A DNA stretch of 63,439 nucleotides, counting the filler, from Reticulomyxa filosa (lineage: Eukaryota > Protista > Foraminifera): assembly GCA_000512085.1 (NCBI GenBank). It is 24 parts of 24 records of this genome, joined end to end, with 100 filler letters (N's around TTAATTAATTAA, not from the genome) between each part and the next. Parts side by side here need not be neighbours in the genome. Positions count along the whole stretch, not along the records: positions 1 to 6,082 come from ASPP01007646.1; positions 6,183 to 7,782 come from ASPP01029569.1; positions 7,883 to 9,024 come from ASPP01005497.1; positions 9,125 to 12,965 come from ASPP01006598.1; 20 more parts are not named here. One strand, given 5' to 3'. The notes under the pieces are model-generated. The model made no database searches. It was not told the origin of the DNA and worked only from the letters and a program-made list of their open reading frames with translations. This document shows positions 1 to 12,316 of the stretch, piece after piece (the stretch's first letter is position 1; every line of letters starts with the position of its first letter). The position numbers and the translations under genes are program-made.

Positions 1-39
<39 letters not shown>

Positions 40-42
<3 letters not shown>

Positions 43-3000
43 GACGATCGACCCTTTCAAAGGACACTCCCAAGATCGATCGCAGTGTGGCATTGCTACT
101 GGACGAAGTCGGTTTGGCGGAACAAAGTTTTGTTTCTTCCTCTTTCACACAATACAAACAAAGTCTTGCAGCCGCGGCTATTCAAAAAAAAAAAAACAAC
201 TCAGGTCCTAATCGGCCGTTAAAGGTCTTGCACAAACTATTAGAAGACGAAAATTCGCAAGATGAGAGTAAACGCATTGCATTCCTTGGTCTTAGCAATT
301 GGATATTAGATGCTGCAAAGATGAATCGAATGGTAGACCAAAGGGACACATTTTGCATATACATACATTTATTTATTTGTTTATTTGTATTGTTATTTGT
401 TTATTTATTCATCTTCAGGTATTTCATAAAGTAGTACAAGTGGGCAAAGAAGAGTTAATATCCACTGCAAATGCCATAATCCAAAGCTCCAAAAAAGACA
501 GCAAAGCTCTTCAAAAGCATCTTATGCAGAGGGTGCCCAAAATTGTGGAGGTGTACGAGAGCTTGCGCACGGATAACGACGCTCCATTTGAGTTTGACTT
601 TTATGGACACCGCGACTTTTATTTTTTGGCCGACTATTTGAAATACACTGCGCAAAAGCGTCGTTGTGTGAATGAGGAATTGTTGGTTGAAGCGATGATG
701 CGAAACTTTGGTGGGATGACGAAACGGCAAACGGAAGAGTTTTTATTCCCAAAAATAAAGGCTGCTTTATATTCGATCAACGAGTTCCCATCAAGTGAAG
801 TATTGTGGAATCAATTTTCCCCATTGCATTTGATTCAAAACAACATCCAACAAACCCAACAAATTGAAAGTCCTGATATGAGGAACATCATGCTGATTGC
901 AGAGTCTCCAGCGGTATGGAGGATACTGTTTGATCCCAGCATCGCATCCACCAAGTCTACTGAAGTTATATTCGGGAGCAAATTCAGCGAAGATAGAAAT
1001 TCGACTATCTATTGTTGCCGAATAATTGAAAAGATTCGACACGCCATGAGTGCGGGCAAAGTGTGCATATTATTGAAATTAGAGCAATTTTACGAATCGT
1101 TGTATGATATTCTCAATCAGAGATATCAAGAAGTGGACGGACAAAAGTAATTTTTTTTTTTTTGCCCAAAAAGAGAGGATAGAGAAACGAACAATTTTTT
1201 TCTTTGTTGTTAACAACAGATTTTGTAATCTGTCCATTCAAGGAGAATCGATTCGTTGCCGAATTGCAAAGACATTTCGGTGTGTAGTGGTAATGTCAAA
1301 AGTGGAAGCATTTCACCAAGTTTTTCCAAAAAAAAAAAAAAAAACAATAATAATTACAACAAAAGCAAAAGGGAGGCTGCATTGTGAAATAGACAAAAAA
1401 CACGAATTTGCATACGCCAGTGGAATTTTTGAGTCGGTTTGAAAAGTATTTTTTAGATCCAAATTTGCTGGAGTATTATGACACCTCACTCTCACTGAAA
1501 GACAAGTTGAGAGTACTTGAAGAAACAGTACGAGCCCGATTTGGCAACCCCTTGCAATTGGGAAAGTTGCCATTGTTTGCCGGGTTTTTGGAAAAATTTA
1601 CGTACTTTAGTTTATTGACACGTGGTTCGATAGCAAGACACAAGGATAAGGATAAAGATACAGTTGATGAAGGAAAACAAAACATGAATGCAAGGTCAAT
1701 GACGAAGAACAATTGAAACAAGCGTTACATTTATTATTGCAAAATATGGAGTTGCAATATATGATTGGTGATAGATGCAGAAATGGCCGTGATTTTGTAC
1801 CTTACGCGGATATCGTTTAGCACTTCCTCTTTCTCTCTTTGTGACCAATTACACAAGCTATGTATATATATATAAATGTATACGTATACTACCAAGGTGG
1901 ACCTGCTGGAACGAGAAGGTGCAACATATATAAAACCACGAATATTGATCCGAGCGGTCACACACGATCAGTTCCCAACAGACGTCGACAGAATCAAAAA
2001 AGATAACAAGGTGTACGTGATAACCCACGATGCAACAATAGGTTCAAAAGCGACCGAATCGCTATTGTGTAAGGAATCAAAAGAGAACGATGATGTGGTG
2101 CATGTGAGATATAAGTCTTTGCAAGCATTTACACAAGAAAGCGACTTCTTCACATTTGTATTTGATTTCCTAAATGGCCAATCATCACCGTCTTCCGAAT
2201 CGCATAGCATATTGATAATCTGGTGTGACGCAGTGCATTCGGAAGACACGCTAATGCATTACTTGCACGCGCAGTATTTGATCGAAAAGGCGTTTGTGCT
2301 ATGCGATGACATCGGACAACAGAATAGCAACAACGACAAAAAAAAGACGCTGGTCATGTTGTATCGGACGGACCCAGAGCGCGAATGTGTCAAAAATGAC
2401 AAAGACGTACGTCAAATGAACCCATTGTTATTTTGCAATTTGTGGAAACACGTGTTTGTGGACGCATTGCTGCCAGCTAACGACGCAAAGCAAATCCAAA
2501 TTAACGATTGCAACATCTTCGACCCTTTGTCGATCGTTCGCATTCATAGTCGCGTCGCATTAGTCAGCGCCCAACTGTTTGCCAACTGGCTGGAGCTTGC
2601 ATTCAATCACATCGATTACGATAAGCACAAGCACGAGACTGCAAAAATGAAAGAGCTATTGACACAACTTCAAACCGACACCGGTTTGCAAAAGACTTGG
2701 AACTATCGTCTGCATGTGGCCTTGGAAAGCGAAAACGGTGTGTTGGCATGCTTTAAGGCAATAACAGAGCAACACACGCCTCAACAGGGATCTGTTCGGT
2801 CAGAATTTACTCGACTTTTACGACACAAAATAACGCATATCCAATCACAGTTTTTGGCATTATTATTTGAAAACAATAACTTATTATTGTATGACTCGCA
2901 GCAGTCTTTACAAGACAATGTTTTCTTGCAATTGCTGGAAGAATCAAAGATCGTTCAAATGAATATTCAACTCAGTGGTCAAAGTGAACAATACAAAGTC

Positions 3001-6000
3001 ATCGTAAGACACGACTTCAAGTCGTCATATGGTGCGAAGTTCCCGTTTAGTTCGCACATTCACGAATACTTCCATTCGCTTTGCAAGCCTTGTCTGGATG
3101 CGTACGCTTCACATAATGATCAAATGTTACATACTTTTTGCCACTCGCATCTTCGCAACCACATTCGATCAACCGATCTGAAAGTCGATTTACAAAACTT
3201 GCATAACGAGTCTGTGTCCAATCTACTCAATGACATTGTTCGCTTGGAAAAACACCAAGTCTTACAACGCTTTTCGGACCAATCGTACGATGACTTGGTT
3301 GACTTCATTTGCGTGTTAGTTGAACGCGCTTGTGTAGACAAGTTCTCCACGCTACGCGACTTTTGCGCTAAGTCATCTGCTAACAAGCCAGTCGATATGA
3401 ATGAGGCAGTAGGAAATAACGAATGGGACCAATTTGAAATGATACAATTATACAACGAACTGTCTGAAACGCCATATTCCGATACCTTTGGACATGCTAC
3501 ACAAAATGAACCTTTGCCGGAAGTGGCGCCCCCTCACGCACTTCTTGACCACCAAGACTTTGGAACAGTTGAAATATATGCGATTTTGTGGTCTCATGCA
3601 ATTATGTTGAATGATTGGGTCGACGTTTTGTCCATTATTCCCAATCATGATTGGAACAAATTTAAAAAGAGTTTATTTTGCAATATTACGAATTTTATAC
3701 TTTTTTAATTTTCAAAAAAATAGCAATTATTAAAGTAATGCATACATATATATGTACATAGTTTGGAATGAAAAAAAGAATTGGGCTGAAAGTATACAAC
3801 AGATATTGTCAGTGCTATTGACAGTGATCGAAGAACAAGTGATAAACGAACGGATTTGCAATGATTTAAGATGGTTCTTACCAATGAATCGGTTGATCCA
3901 ACAAGCAGATGACTTAAATCTCACACAACAATGGGACCTGCTGCAACTGTGCATATTGTGTGTGGCCACAATCAACACTCAATCGTTAAACCAAGCGTTC
4001 ATCGAGGGAATCAAAGAGTGTTTTACCAAATCTTGCTTTTATGATATCGACTCCATTGAAAAACTTGTGCGACATCTCGATTCGGCACTGAGCCGCGCCA
4101 ATAAATCTCCAGAAGAGAAGGAGGAAAGTATTCAATACTTTTTTCAAAATTATGTGCGAAGATTTGGATTTCGATATGACGTAAAAAATGCAGAAATAAA
4201 ATACAATTTTACGGAGAACTTGATTAAATGGATGTTCGGTAAAAAGGAACTATTCCGCAACTACACACCAAATGAATTCACGAAAATGGAAATTGCTACG
4301 CAACTGCTTAATCTTATTCAACAAAATGACGTTTTGTTTGCACAAGAAAATTCTGAGGAAATTTCTATTCCTTGTTCTTCATAAATCTTGCAAAAAAAAA
4401 AATATGACAAAAACAAATAGGAGAAATATAAGAAGGAAAAGGATATATTGACAACCGAACTGGAGACTTGTTCATTGAATCAAGAATGTGTGATTTTTAT
4501 CAAAGCACAAGAGCAGGCATTGCATTTTCAAGAGAGAAAGAAGCTTGAGCCCCGGGGTTCATTGCAGGCAGATTTAAAGCATTTTCAACAACTCTCAAAT
4601 GCATTGCATAGTACACATTCGAATTTGGACAAGTCTTTGTTAATTGCAAAGTGCAAAATATGGACATATCGCTTATCCGATTTTCTGTGTCAAACAATGC
4701 AACTTCCTTATGTATATTGCAATGATGGAATCAAAGAGCTGAATTATAAAAACAAAAGTCAAGACATGGTTTTGACCCGAAGTGATTGTCAACAAATTGG
4801 AACACTTTATCGTGACCAGAAAATCGGTCGAGGTCTGAGCTATAATTTATTGGCCGAAATGTGGATGAGAAAAGGTTCGCGCGTCGCTATTCACATGAGC
4901 TCAAACAACTTTGTCAATCTCTTTGGCTTTAGCATGAAAATGGTTGAAAATGATGCCGCGCTCAACGGGTTATGCGAAGACGCTTTTCAATTGTTGTATG
5001 ACTGTCCACGCGAAAGTGACAATGGCACATACACAAAGATTCAAGAGTTGTTTACCTTGGGCTTGCAAAACAAAAAAATTGAATGGGATTGGTTTGAACG
5101 AAAATACTTTGTTCATTTAATTGCATGTTAAAAAAAAAAAATGTAATCAATTGAACACAAACATGCAAAATTAGTGCTTTTTATTTGTTATTTGTTTAAA
5201 AAAAAAAGGTTATTCAATAAAGTATACTTGAAAGGAGGCGAAGCAAACCCAACTACTGTGACAACTTTTGTCGAACAAACAAAGAGATATTTACCAAATA
5301 CAGAACACTGTGGTCGCATTAAAGATTTGACTGCACAGTTAGGCCACGATGTATTTCTCTTTTTTTTTTTTTTTGTGTTTGTGCATTGGACATTGACAAG
5401 GAAAACTCAAACGCATGCACGCAATGAAACATGCAGACTGGCGTCTGGCGAGTCAGATATTAATATTTTTATAAACAAAAAAACAAAAACGCGCCACTCG
5501 AGTACGTGTTGATCTATCGATTGGGCTGGCATTTAGTCGGGACCGTGTTGTCTTTGCCACCATCTCCATTAAGCATTCTGTTGCTCAATCCACAAGCATA
5601 CAGCACGCAATATTTAGCGGGGATGCCAGAAAGCAACTGGTTGACTTGCTTGCGACCCAAGCTTGCACAAATATTTATGTCTTGTCCGAACAAGCATAGG
5701 ATACTTATGGAAAATCATATAAATGTTCGTTTTGGAGACACATGTCAGCAGTGTTCGGAGAAAATCAGCCAAGTATTGGAAGTAATCGAAGAAGAAGAAA
5801 AAAAAGAAAAAGAAGAAAAAGAAAAAAAAGAAGAAAAAGAAAAAGTATCTACCAATGATCATATCAGAAACAATGATTGCAAGATGGGCCCATCTTCCAA
5901 TAATCTCATTCCCCAAGGATATATCATTATGGACAAAATTCGAGACGAACGTATTCGAGATCTTAGCATCGAATCAGCTTTAATTACAGGTGCAATTGTC

Positions 6001-6082
6001 CATTTGATATTGCTAATTCATCATGCCAGTTTCAAAACAAGCGACTGTTTAAAGTAATATATACATACATACATACATACAT
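40..6082 (+). CDS. RNF213/mysterin-like giant AAA+ protein (partial at both ends, multi-exon)
   Basis: Spliced translation gives LLLDEVGLAEQSPNRPLKVLHKLLED (Walker B), FLGLSNWILDAAKMNR, FYGHRDFY, RNFGG, IFGSKFSED...CILLKLEQFYESLYDILNQRY and PVEFLSRFEK, colinear with the RNF213 AAA core. The C-terminal YLAGMPE...CPNKH...CQQC...RDLS matches the RZ region. GT-AG introns include 127-204, 333-418, 1147-1219, 1320-1392 and 4331-4420. There is an apparent 1-nt frameshift at the A-run 1679-1682. Confidence 0.9.
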
Positions 6083-6182
6083 NNNNNNNNNNNNNNNNNN
6101 NNNNNNNNNNNNNNNNNNNNNNNNNNTTAATTAATTAANNNNNNNNNNNNNNNNNNNNNNNNNNNNNNNNNNNNNNNNNNNN
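6083..6182. other. Artificial contig spacer (44 N + TTAATTAATTAA + 44 N); first of 23
   Basis: Identical 100-bp spacers start at 6083, 7783, 9025, 12966, 14474, 16011, 20131, 22396, 23597, 27212, 32413, 33550, 35853, 40541, 41914, 45564, 47643, 52155, 54221, 55677, 57630, 59666 and 62192. The palindromic 12-mer puts stops in all six frames. Confidence 0.99.
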
Positions 6183-6209
6183 ATATGAGTAAGGCCCTGG
6201 TAACTCGTG

Positions 6210-6996
6210 AATTAGGACTTAAATCCCAAGTTTGTATCGAATTTAAAGACAAGACTTCTGTTGTTCATGTTTAGTGTTTCTATGCTATTTCTTGAAGCAT
6301 CAATTACTTTTCAAGATGATATTATCAAAAATAACTTAATTGTTGAATATATTTTGGAAAGGGAGATCTAAAAATCCAGCAACAAACCAAGCAATTTACT
6401 TTTGATTGTGTATTAAACAACGCAACCAACGACGAACTCAGCAACAAAAGATTGAAAGAATGGACAAGTATCAATTTATCATTGACTTTTTTGGGAATGG
6501 TTCTTAAGGCATTAGTGGAAAAAAGTGACTTGTTCCTTATCGAAATTCCAAACTTACAAGATTAAAAAAATGTGCAATGCCCTTTTTTAAAAAAAGAACT
6601 TTTTTGTAACGACAGAAAAAAACGCCCAAACACAAAAAATCTAAAGTATTTGAATACACAAAATTATATTGTGAACAGATTATTGCAAGATAGTTTGTGA
6701 GGAAATTCAATGACTGCTATACACATAAATAAATTTTGAGCTTTCTTTTAATAATTAAATAAATAAATCAAAAATATAACAACTTGCCAACAAATAACAT
6801 TAGTTCTTATCTTACGTTTCAATAGATTATTGCTAATATTAGTCCAGCTTTATGTAATTTTTCAGAAACTTTAAGCACTCTGCAGTTTGCAAATCGAGCT
6901 AAGAATATCAAAAACAAGGCGTCAAAGTTTAGAGATCCAAAGAATGCTAGAATTGCAGAATTGGAAGAGAAAGTAAAAAGCTTGATATTTTTGTGA
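6210..6996 (+). pseudogene. Kinesin motor-domain pseudogene
   Basis: RLKE.TSINLSL..LG.V..AL, VPYRNSKLTR, LLQDSL*GNS.T and IANISPA..NFSETLSTLQFANRAKNIKN. Lesions: frameshift near 6530, in-frame TGA at 6698-6700, donors lacking GT, and much of the motor domain missing. Confidence 0.88.
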
Positions 6997-7882
6997 AAGA
7001 AAGCAAAAGCAAGTTAAATAAGTTTGCATACTTTGAATGCGTCCAAAAATTTTAATATGCAAAAAAATACCATAATGGTACACCCTATCTTATGACAGGG
7101 ATGTACAACATTGCCACCGCCAAGCATTTTCCAATACATAAATATATAAATAAATAATATACACATATATGTATATGTGTATATAACTTGTATAATGATC
7201 ACCAATTACTATAAACTGACAATAATGCGGTCCATGCAAAAGCATCCATAATGGACGTATCAATGGATAGATTGATAACTTGGTTTCCAATAAGTCTGCG
7301 TCAATTTTCCATCTTTCTAGTTCTAATCCCTTTCGATGTATCCACCAACCGATCTTGTTTTAAAAGTTTTTTTTAGTATGCAATGTTGTAAGACCGATCT
7401 GGTGGTAGAGTCCGAACATTTCAATAGAAGTAAATTTCATATATTTCGGAATAATGGTGAAAGTATGAAAGTATCATCTCACTCAATCTACTTTGGGACA
7501 TCTTTTCCCCCAACATTTGTACCACTTCATAATGAGCTTCTTTTTTCCATTCCACTTTGAATTGAGAAAATGAGCACATATTCGTCCATTGATGAAACAA
7601 CGGGATAATTTTTCCAATCTTCATTTTGTTTGTGTTTGTATGACTGAAACTATATGATTAACACGAAAATTTCATATTTGATTGATCTGAAAAATTATTT
7701 AATAATATCTTCGGATTCGTTGACATTCGGTATAATAGTTATTCATTTTATTCTATTTGTTCATCATTTCAAATATATTTTANNNNNNNNNNNNNNNNNN
7801 NNNNNNNNNNNNNNNNNNNNNNNNNNTTAATTAATTAANNNNNNNNNNNNNNNNNNNNNNNNNNNNNNNNNNNNNNNNNNNN

Positions 7883-7915
<33 letters not shown>

Positions 7916-8579
7916 GTATTAGTATTGGTTGGCTGTTTATTGGAAGACGATTGGGTGACATCGGAATAGACAACGTCAACCAACGATCCCAATTGTTGTC
8001 GGAGTTGAAAGCGCGCTTGAAAGCCCTTTCCCGAGTGGACGGACTCGTCCGTGGTCATGACCACACACACTTCCAAGTGGTCCCCGTCGAGCACATTCCA
8101 AAACAGCGGCGGAGTCATCATTTCGCTTTCGCGGTACTTTTGCACGAACACATTGTCGCCGGTAAAACTCGCGTAGTACGGCTGGTACACGTCGTTGTAT
8201 TGCCAGTGCACGTGCACTTGATCAAACCCTTGTTCCAAGTCGATCCAATCCATTATTAATCGCACATGCAGACCATTGTTATTTGCATTTCTACGCATAA
8301 ATAACATATCATCTTCGTTGTTGTTGTTAGTTGTTGTTGTTGTTGTTGTTGTTGTTGTGATTGACATTGGATGATCCAACCCAAATCTTCAAGCAATATC
8401 TGTACTCATAATTATCCAAGTACGCTTGCTCTTTGTTGCCAATCGTGATATCGTCCAACGGATTGGTCACACACTTTAGCTGCGGCTCCATCGTGCCATC
8501 GTTGCCGTGGCCTTGTTTCGCAAGCTTATGTTCGCCCATCATAACTCGCACGTCGTGCTTTTCATAAAATGATGATGAC

Positions 8580-8630
<51 letters not shown>

Positions 8631-8965
8631 GAGAGTGATATTCGCTTGCACTGCATTGCGGGCAAGGTTTGCACATGCCGCATGTACGCACTCAAGTAGC
8701 GGTCAGGATCGGACGGAGTCAACACGACATCTGCGCTATGGGCTTGCAGATCTCGCTTCACAGCGTTTCCCCCTTGCAATACGCATGTCGAGCATCATTT
8801 CCCGACAACGTTACGCTTTCCCAATCCCTGGCCGTCCACACGTACCCATTACTAGGATATCTCCATTTCTCTGTCCCATTCGCTTTCAAAAGTCCATTGT
8901 CTCCTGCGTCTTGCTTTCCATTCGTCGTTGTCGTCGATGCATCCACAAGTGTTGTCAAACTGTAA
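7883..8965 (-). CDS. CUB-domain-containing protein fragment with poly-Ser and poly-Asn tracts
   Basis: YLDNYEYRYC...VRLIMDWIDLEQGFDQV...FTG...VVMTTDESVHSGKGFQARF fits the CUB pattern. Apparent frameshifts at the C-run 8769-8773 and inside the AAC repeat near 8330. Confidence 0.65.
8569..8628. repeat. (ATG/TCA)n microsatellite encoding poly-Ser on the minus strand
   Basis: About 20 trinucleotide units visible directly. Confidence 0.95.
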
Positions 8966-9413
8966 ACGCACAAAAAAAAAAAAAAAAAAAAAAAAAATAT
9001 ATATATGTATATGTATATGTATATNNNNNNNNNNNNNNNNNNNNNNNNNNNNNNNNNNNNNNNNNNNNTTAATTAATTAANNNNNNNNNNNNNNNNNNNN
9101 NNNNNNNNNNNNNNNNNNNNNNNNATTCCGGGTTTTTAAAAACCCGGAATTCAAACCCTTTCGGTTCCAACAATTAAGTTAGTCACAAATGTCAAGCGAT
9201 TGATTCCATACAAATACAATACATGCGTATATCGGCCAGCACAAGGCACACATTAATAAGCAGGGAACAAGTAAGTAGAGATTACATTTGTATTTAAACA
9301 TATATACATATGTGTACATATATATGTACATATATATGTATATATGCATACATATGTATGTATATATGATATGTGTGTGTTGACACTTGATATGTAATTT
9401 TTTCAGAAATAAC

Positions 9414-9444
<31 letters not shown>

Positions 9445-9486
9445 AACCAAAACAAATAAAAATGAACACCAACGTGGTCTATAGCA

Positions 9487-10047
9487 GATCAGCTGCACTT
9501 GCTAGCGAAACAAAATGTGCAAGAGTGGTCGAAATTGATGATGAATGAGTGGAAAGAAAAACAAGAGTTGCAAGAACTGGACAAAGAGCAAGTACGGTTG
9601 GTGTTTTTGGTAATGCTATTGTTTCCATCTGTGCAACAGCAGTTGGTAGAGGACCCAAATTTTATCCTTGCAACCGACTTCCAACAAAAAATCGATCAGC
9701 TCCAGATTAATTCCTCCATCTCATTCCAACCTCTTCGTGACCGCTCGTCCTTGCCCGCAAGCAATCAGAAACCTGCACCTGAAGTGGAAATTCCGCAACC
9801 AATACAGCCCTTTGACAATACGGATCACCAAAGAAAAGACACGATTTCAATGCTGCTAAAAGAACTACCCCCTCCAATTGTTGAACACAAAGTGGCTCCG
9901 GACCCCCTGCGAGAAGAGTCGCTTGTCATTGTACTATCGGGACAGGTTTTGCAAACACCAAATGAAATTGCAGACAACGACAGGGAAAAGGAGGGTGACC
10001 TTGGCGATCAAGAAGACAGTGAATCAGGAGTCCGAGCCAGTGATTGA
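9487..10047 (+). CDS. 3' exon of a hypothetical protein
   Basis: An open frame of about 185 codons with coding-like composition follows an intron-like TA-repeat/poly-A stretch. No recognisable domain. Confidence 0.55.
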   Translation, partial: DQLHLLAKQNVQEWSKLMMNEWKEKQELQELDKEQVRLVFLVMLLFPSVQQQLVEDPNFILATDFQQKIDQLQINSSISFQPLRDRSSLPASNQKPAPEVEIPQPIQPFDNTDHQRKDTISMLLKELPPPIVEHKVAPDPLREESLVIVLSGQVLQTPNEIADNDREKEGDLGDQEDSESGVRASD

Positions 10048-11131
10048 AGGAAAAATCGCTACTGATACTTATTTTGACCAGAGGCTCTGATTTTTTTACA
10101 TTCTCATGTTTTCTGTCATATATATGTATCTTTATCTCTCTTTGAAGAAAAGGGCACCTTGAACACTTTAAACTTGTAATTTAAAAAAAAAAGCAATATG
10201 AACACTTCATTGCGAAGTGCATCTCTTTTTGTATATTTTTAATAAATATCAGGTGGGCCTTTTCAATCTAAGCTTAACTAAGTTATTACTTATTGCTTAT
10301 CCGGGCTTTCTTGAAGAAACCTTTTTTTTCGGTATCATTTCATAAAAATAAATATCAAAGGAGACACAGTACTCAAAAACAGGGAAAACAGTAAATAATC
10401 TTCAGGGTCTTTTGACTTGGAAGACAATTGAATGTCAATTTGATTTTATTACGGGGATTCCAGCTATGAGCTACAAACAAAGTATGCTTTATCATTGCTC
10501 ATTGATCAAACGTTTCGACGGCAGTTGCTGGTCGTCCATACAGTTTTGTTGCTATGTATTGAAAATGCATCAAATCTGATGGCTCTTTTAATTTAAATAT
10601 TGGCACAGTAACATAAGTTAAATATTCGAGCGAAACGGCACTTATAAAACTAATTTTCTTGATAAAAATCAACATTAAATATACTATTTTTCAAAATTTA
10701 AATCTTATTTCTTATTATTATTTCAAATAAAATATGACAATTAATCAACACTCTTTTTATTTAAAGGTCCTGATTTGTCACGGGTGTTCTTTTTTGTTGG
10801 TCTTAATCAAATTTTTAAGTTTGTTCAATAAATTCTTAAAAAAGTTAAGGATAACCCAAAAAATCAAATATCTACAAAACGCAAGTAACTATTTAAACGT
10901 ATTGATAGCAACAACCCTCGCAATTACACAAAATCGCAAAAACAACATTGACAAATCTACAACAGTTTTAATTACCTCAACCTGTTGTGTATATAATTAT
11001 ATTACAATTGGCTGCTTATAATCTTTTAAGTTCAAGACTTACTTCTTGCTGTACTGAAAAAAGGACATTATCCCTCAAATTTTTTAGTAATATTGGTGCC
11101 CATATATTGTCACTTTTTTGATATTTGATCA

Positions 11132-12316
11132 ATGCCGACGAGGACATGTCACGAACCACTCCTAGTTTCAACAATAGGAACGATGTCAGTGATAGATTTA
11201 ACGTTTCTGTTGACAGAGGCGTTTATACTGATCTATATGATAGCGCAGCTAGGGATGAAAATGAACGAACAGGACATGAGCCCCCAATTGCGCTGGTTGT
11301 CACTGGGCTATCACGTGTCTGCGTTCGCGTTTATGGTGAACGAGTTTACTCATCACACATGGGGGGAAGCAGAATGGTCAATTCGTTATGATTGGTACTG
11401 CCACTTGATATACTTTTTATTTGGATTTAATGTTTTAATAGTGTACGGAATCAGCATTTTATTTTGGCTTTACAGATTAGGTGCACTATCATCAATACGT
11501 ATACACGAACGTATAAATTATATATGTAATATGTGCATGAATATTTACAAATCCTTTGCTAATGAACATTAGAACATTAAAAAACAAAAACAAAAAAAAA
11601 AATGAACAGCGATAGTGTTTAAAGACTCATCGCTGCGGATACCTAACTACGTATTCTATGTAATCCTTGGTATGTTAGGCTTATCGGCGCTTTTGATATT
11701 GTCCGTGTCGATATGGCTTGGTGTGTCCAGTGATTGTGTGATAGCTGCACGGAGCTCTGATTTCGATATAAAATTCCTGTTTTCCAACTCCAAAGAGCAT
11801 ACAACGTATTATTTTTGTCATCGTGAGACAATTGCAGGCACCGTACTGACGGTGACGGGAACGATCATTGCGTGCGGATCAAATGGAATCATTGCATTTA
11901 TGTACATATCGCGTATTTTTGCGACGGTAAGATTGGTCCAGCGAAATGTGCAATTGGATTGTTATCAATTGGGGTCAATCGAACAAAAGGACCATGATAC
12001 TACTGCTACCGATATTATTACTACTGTTCGTGATGGTGGTGATGATGTCGTTGTATGTGTCGAAGCCAGACCATTGTTGGCACATGCATGCAAAGCTGGT
12101 ATCATTGCTTTCACCAGTATCCTAAGCACCGTTATTGCATTCACTTTGTCATCCATAATTGGGTATGAACAATTTCTGGCGGCTGACACCATCTTTAATG
12201 GTGTCCTCATTTGTTGTAGCTTTACTTTTGGACAGAAGCTCTTTGACTGCTTGTTTGGAAACTGTTCCGCCAAATTGTTTCAATGTCTCACTACTACTGT
12301 CGCAGTAAATCACTAA
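11132..12316 (+). CDS. Seven-transmembrane (GPCR-like) protein, 351 aa
   Basis: Exons 11132-11480 and 11610-12316 are joined by a phase-1 GT-AG intron. Seven hydrophobic segments, Cys at the top of TM3, Cys residues in the second extracellular loop, and FWLYRL at the end of TM3. Confidence 0.75.

Noticed and set aside
7014-7624. Broken minus-strand ORFs next to the kinesin relic
   Set aside because: Stops in all frames and no recognisable family.
8569-9072. Poly-Met ORF on the plus strand
   Set aside because: It is the antisense reading of the poly-Ser TCA repeat in the CUB gene.
9125-9150. Perfect 26-bp palindrome ATTCCGGGTTTTTAAAAACCCGGAAT
   Set aside because: It lies at the extreme contig edge in run-rich, low-quality-looking sequence, and there is no matching end elsewhere. 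It is probably a read-end artefact.
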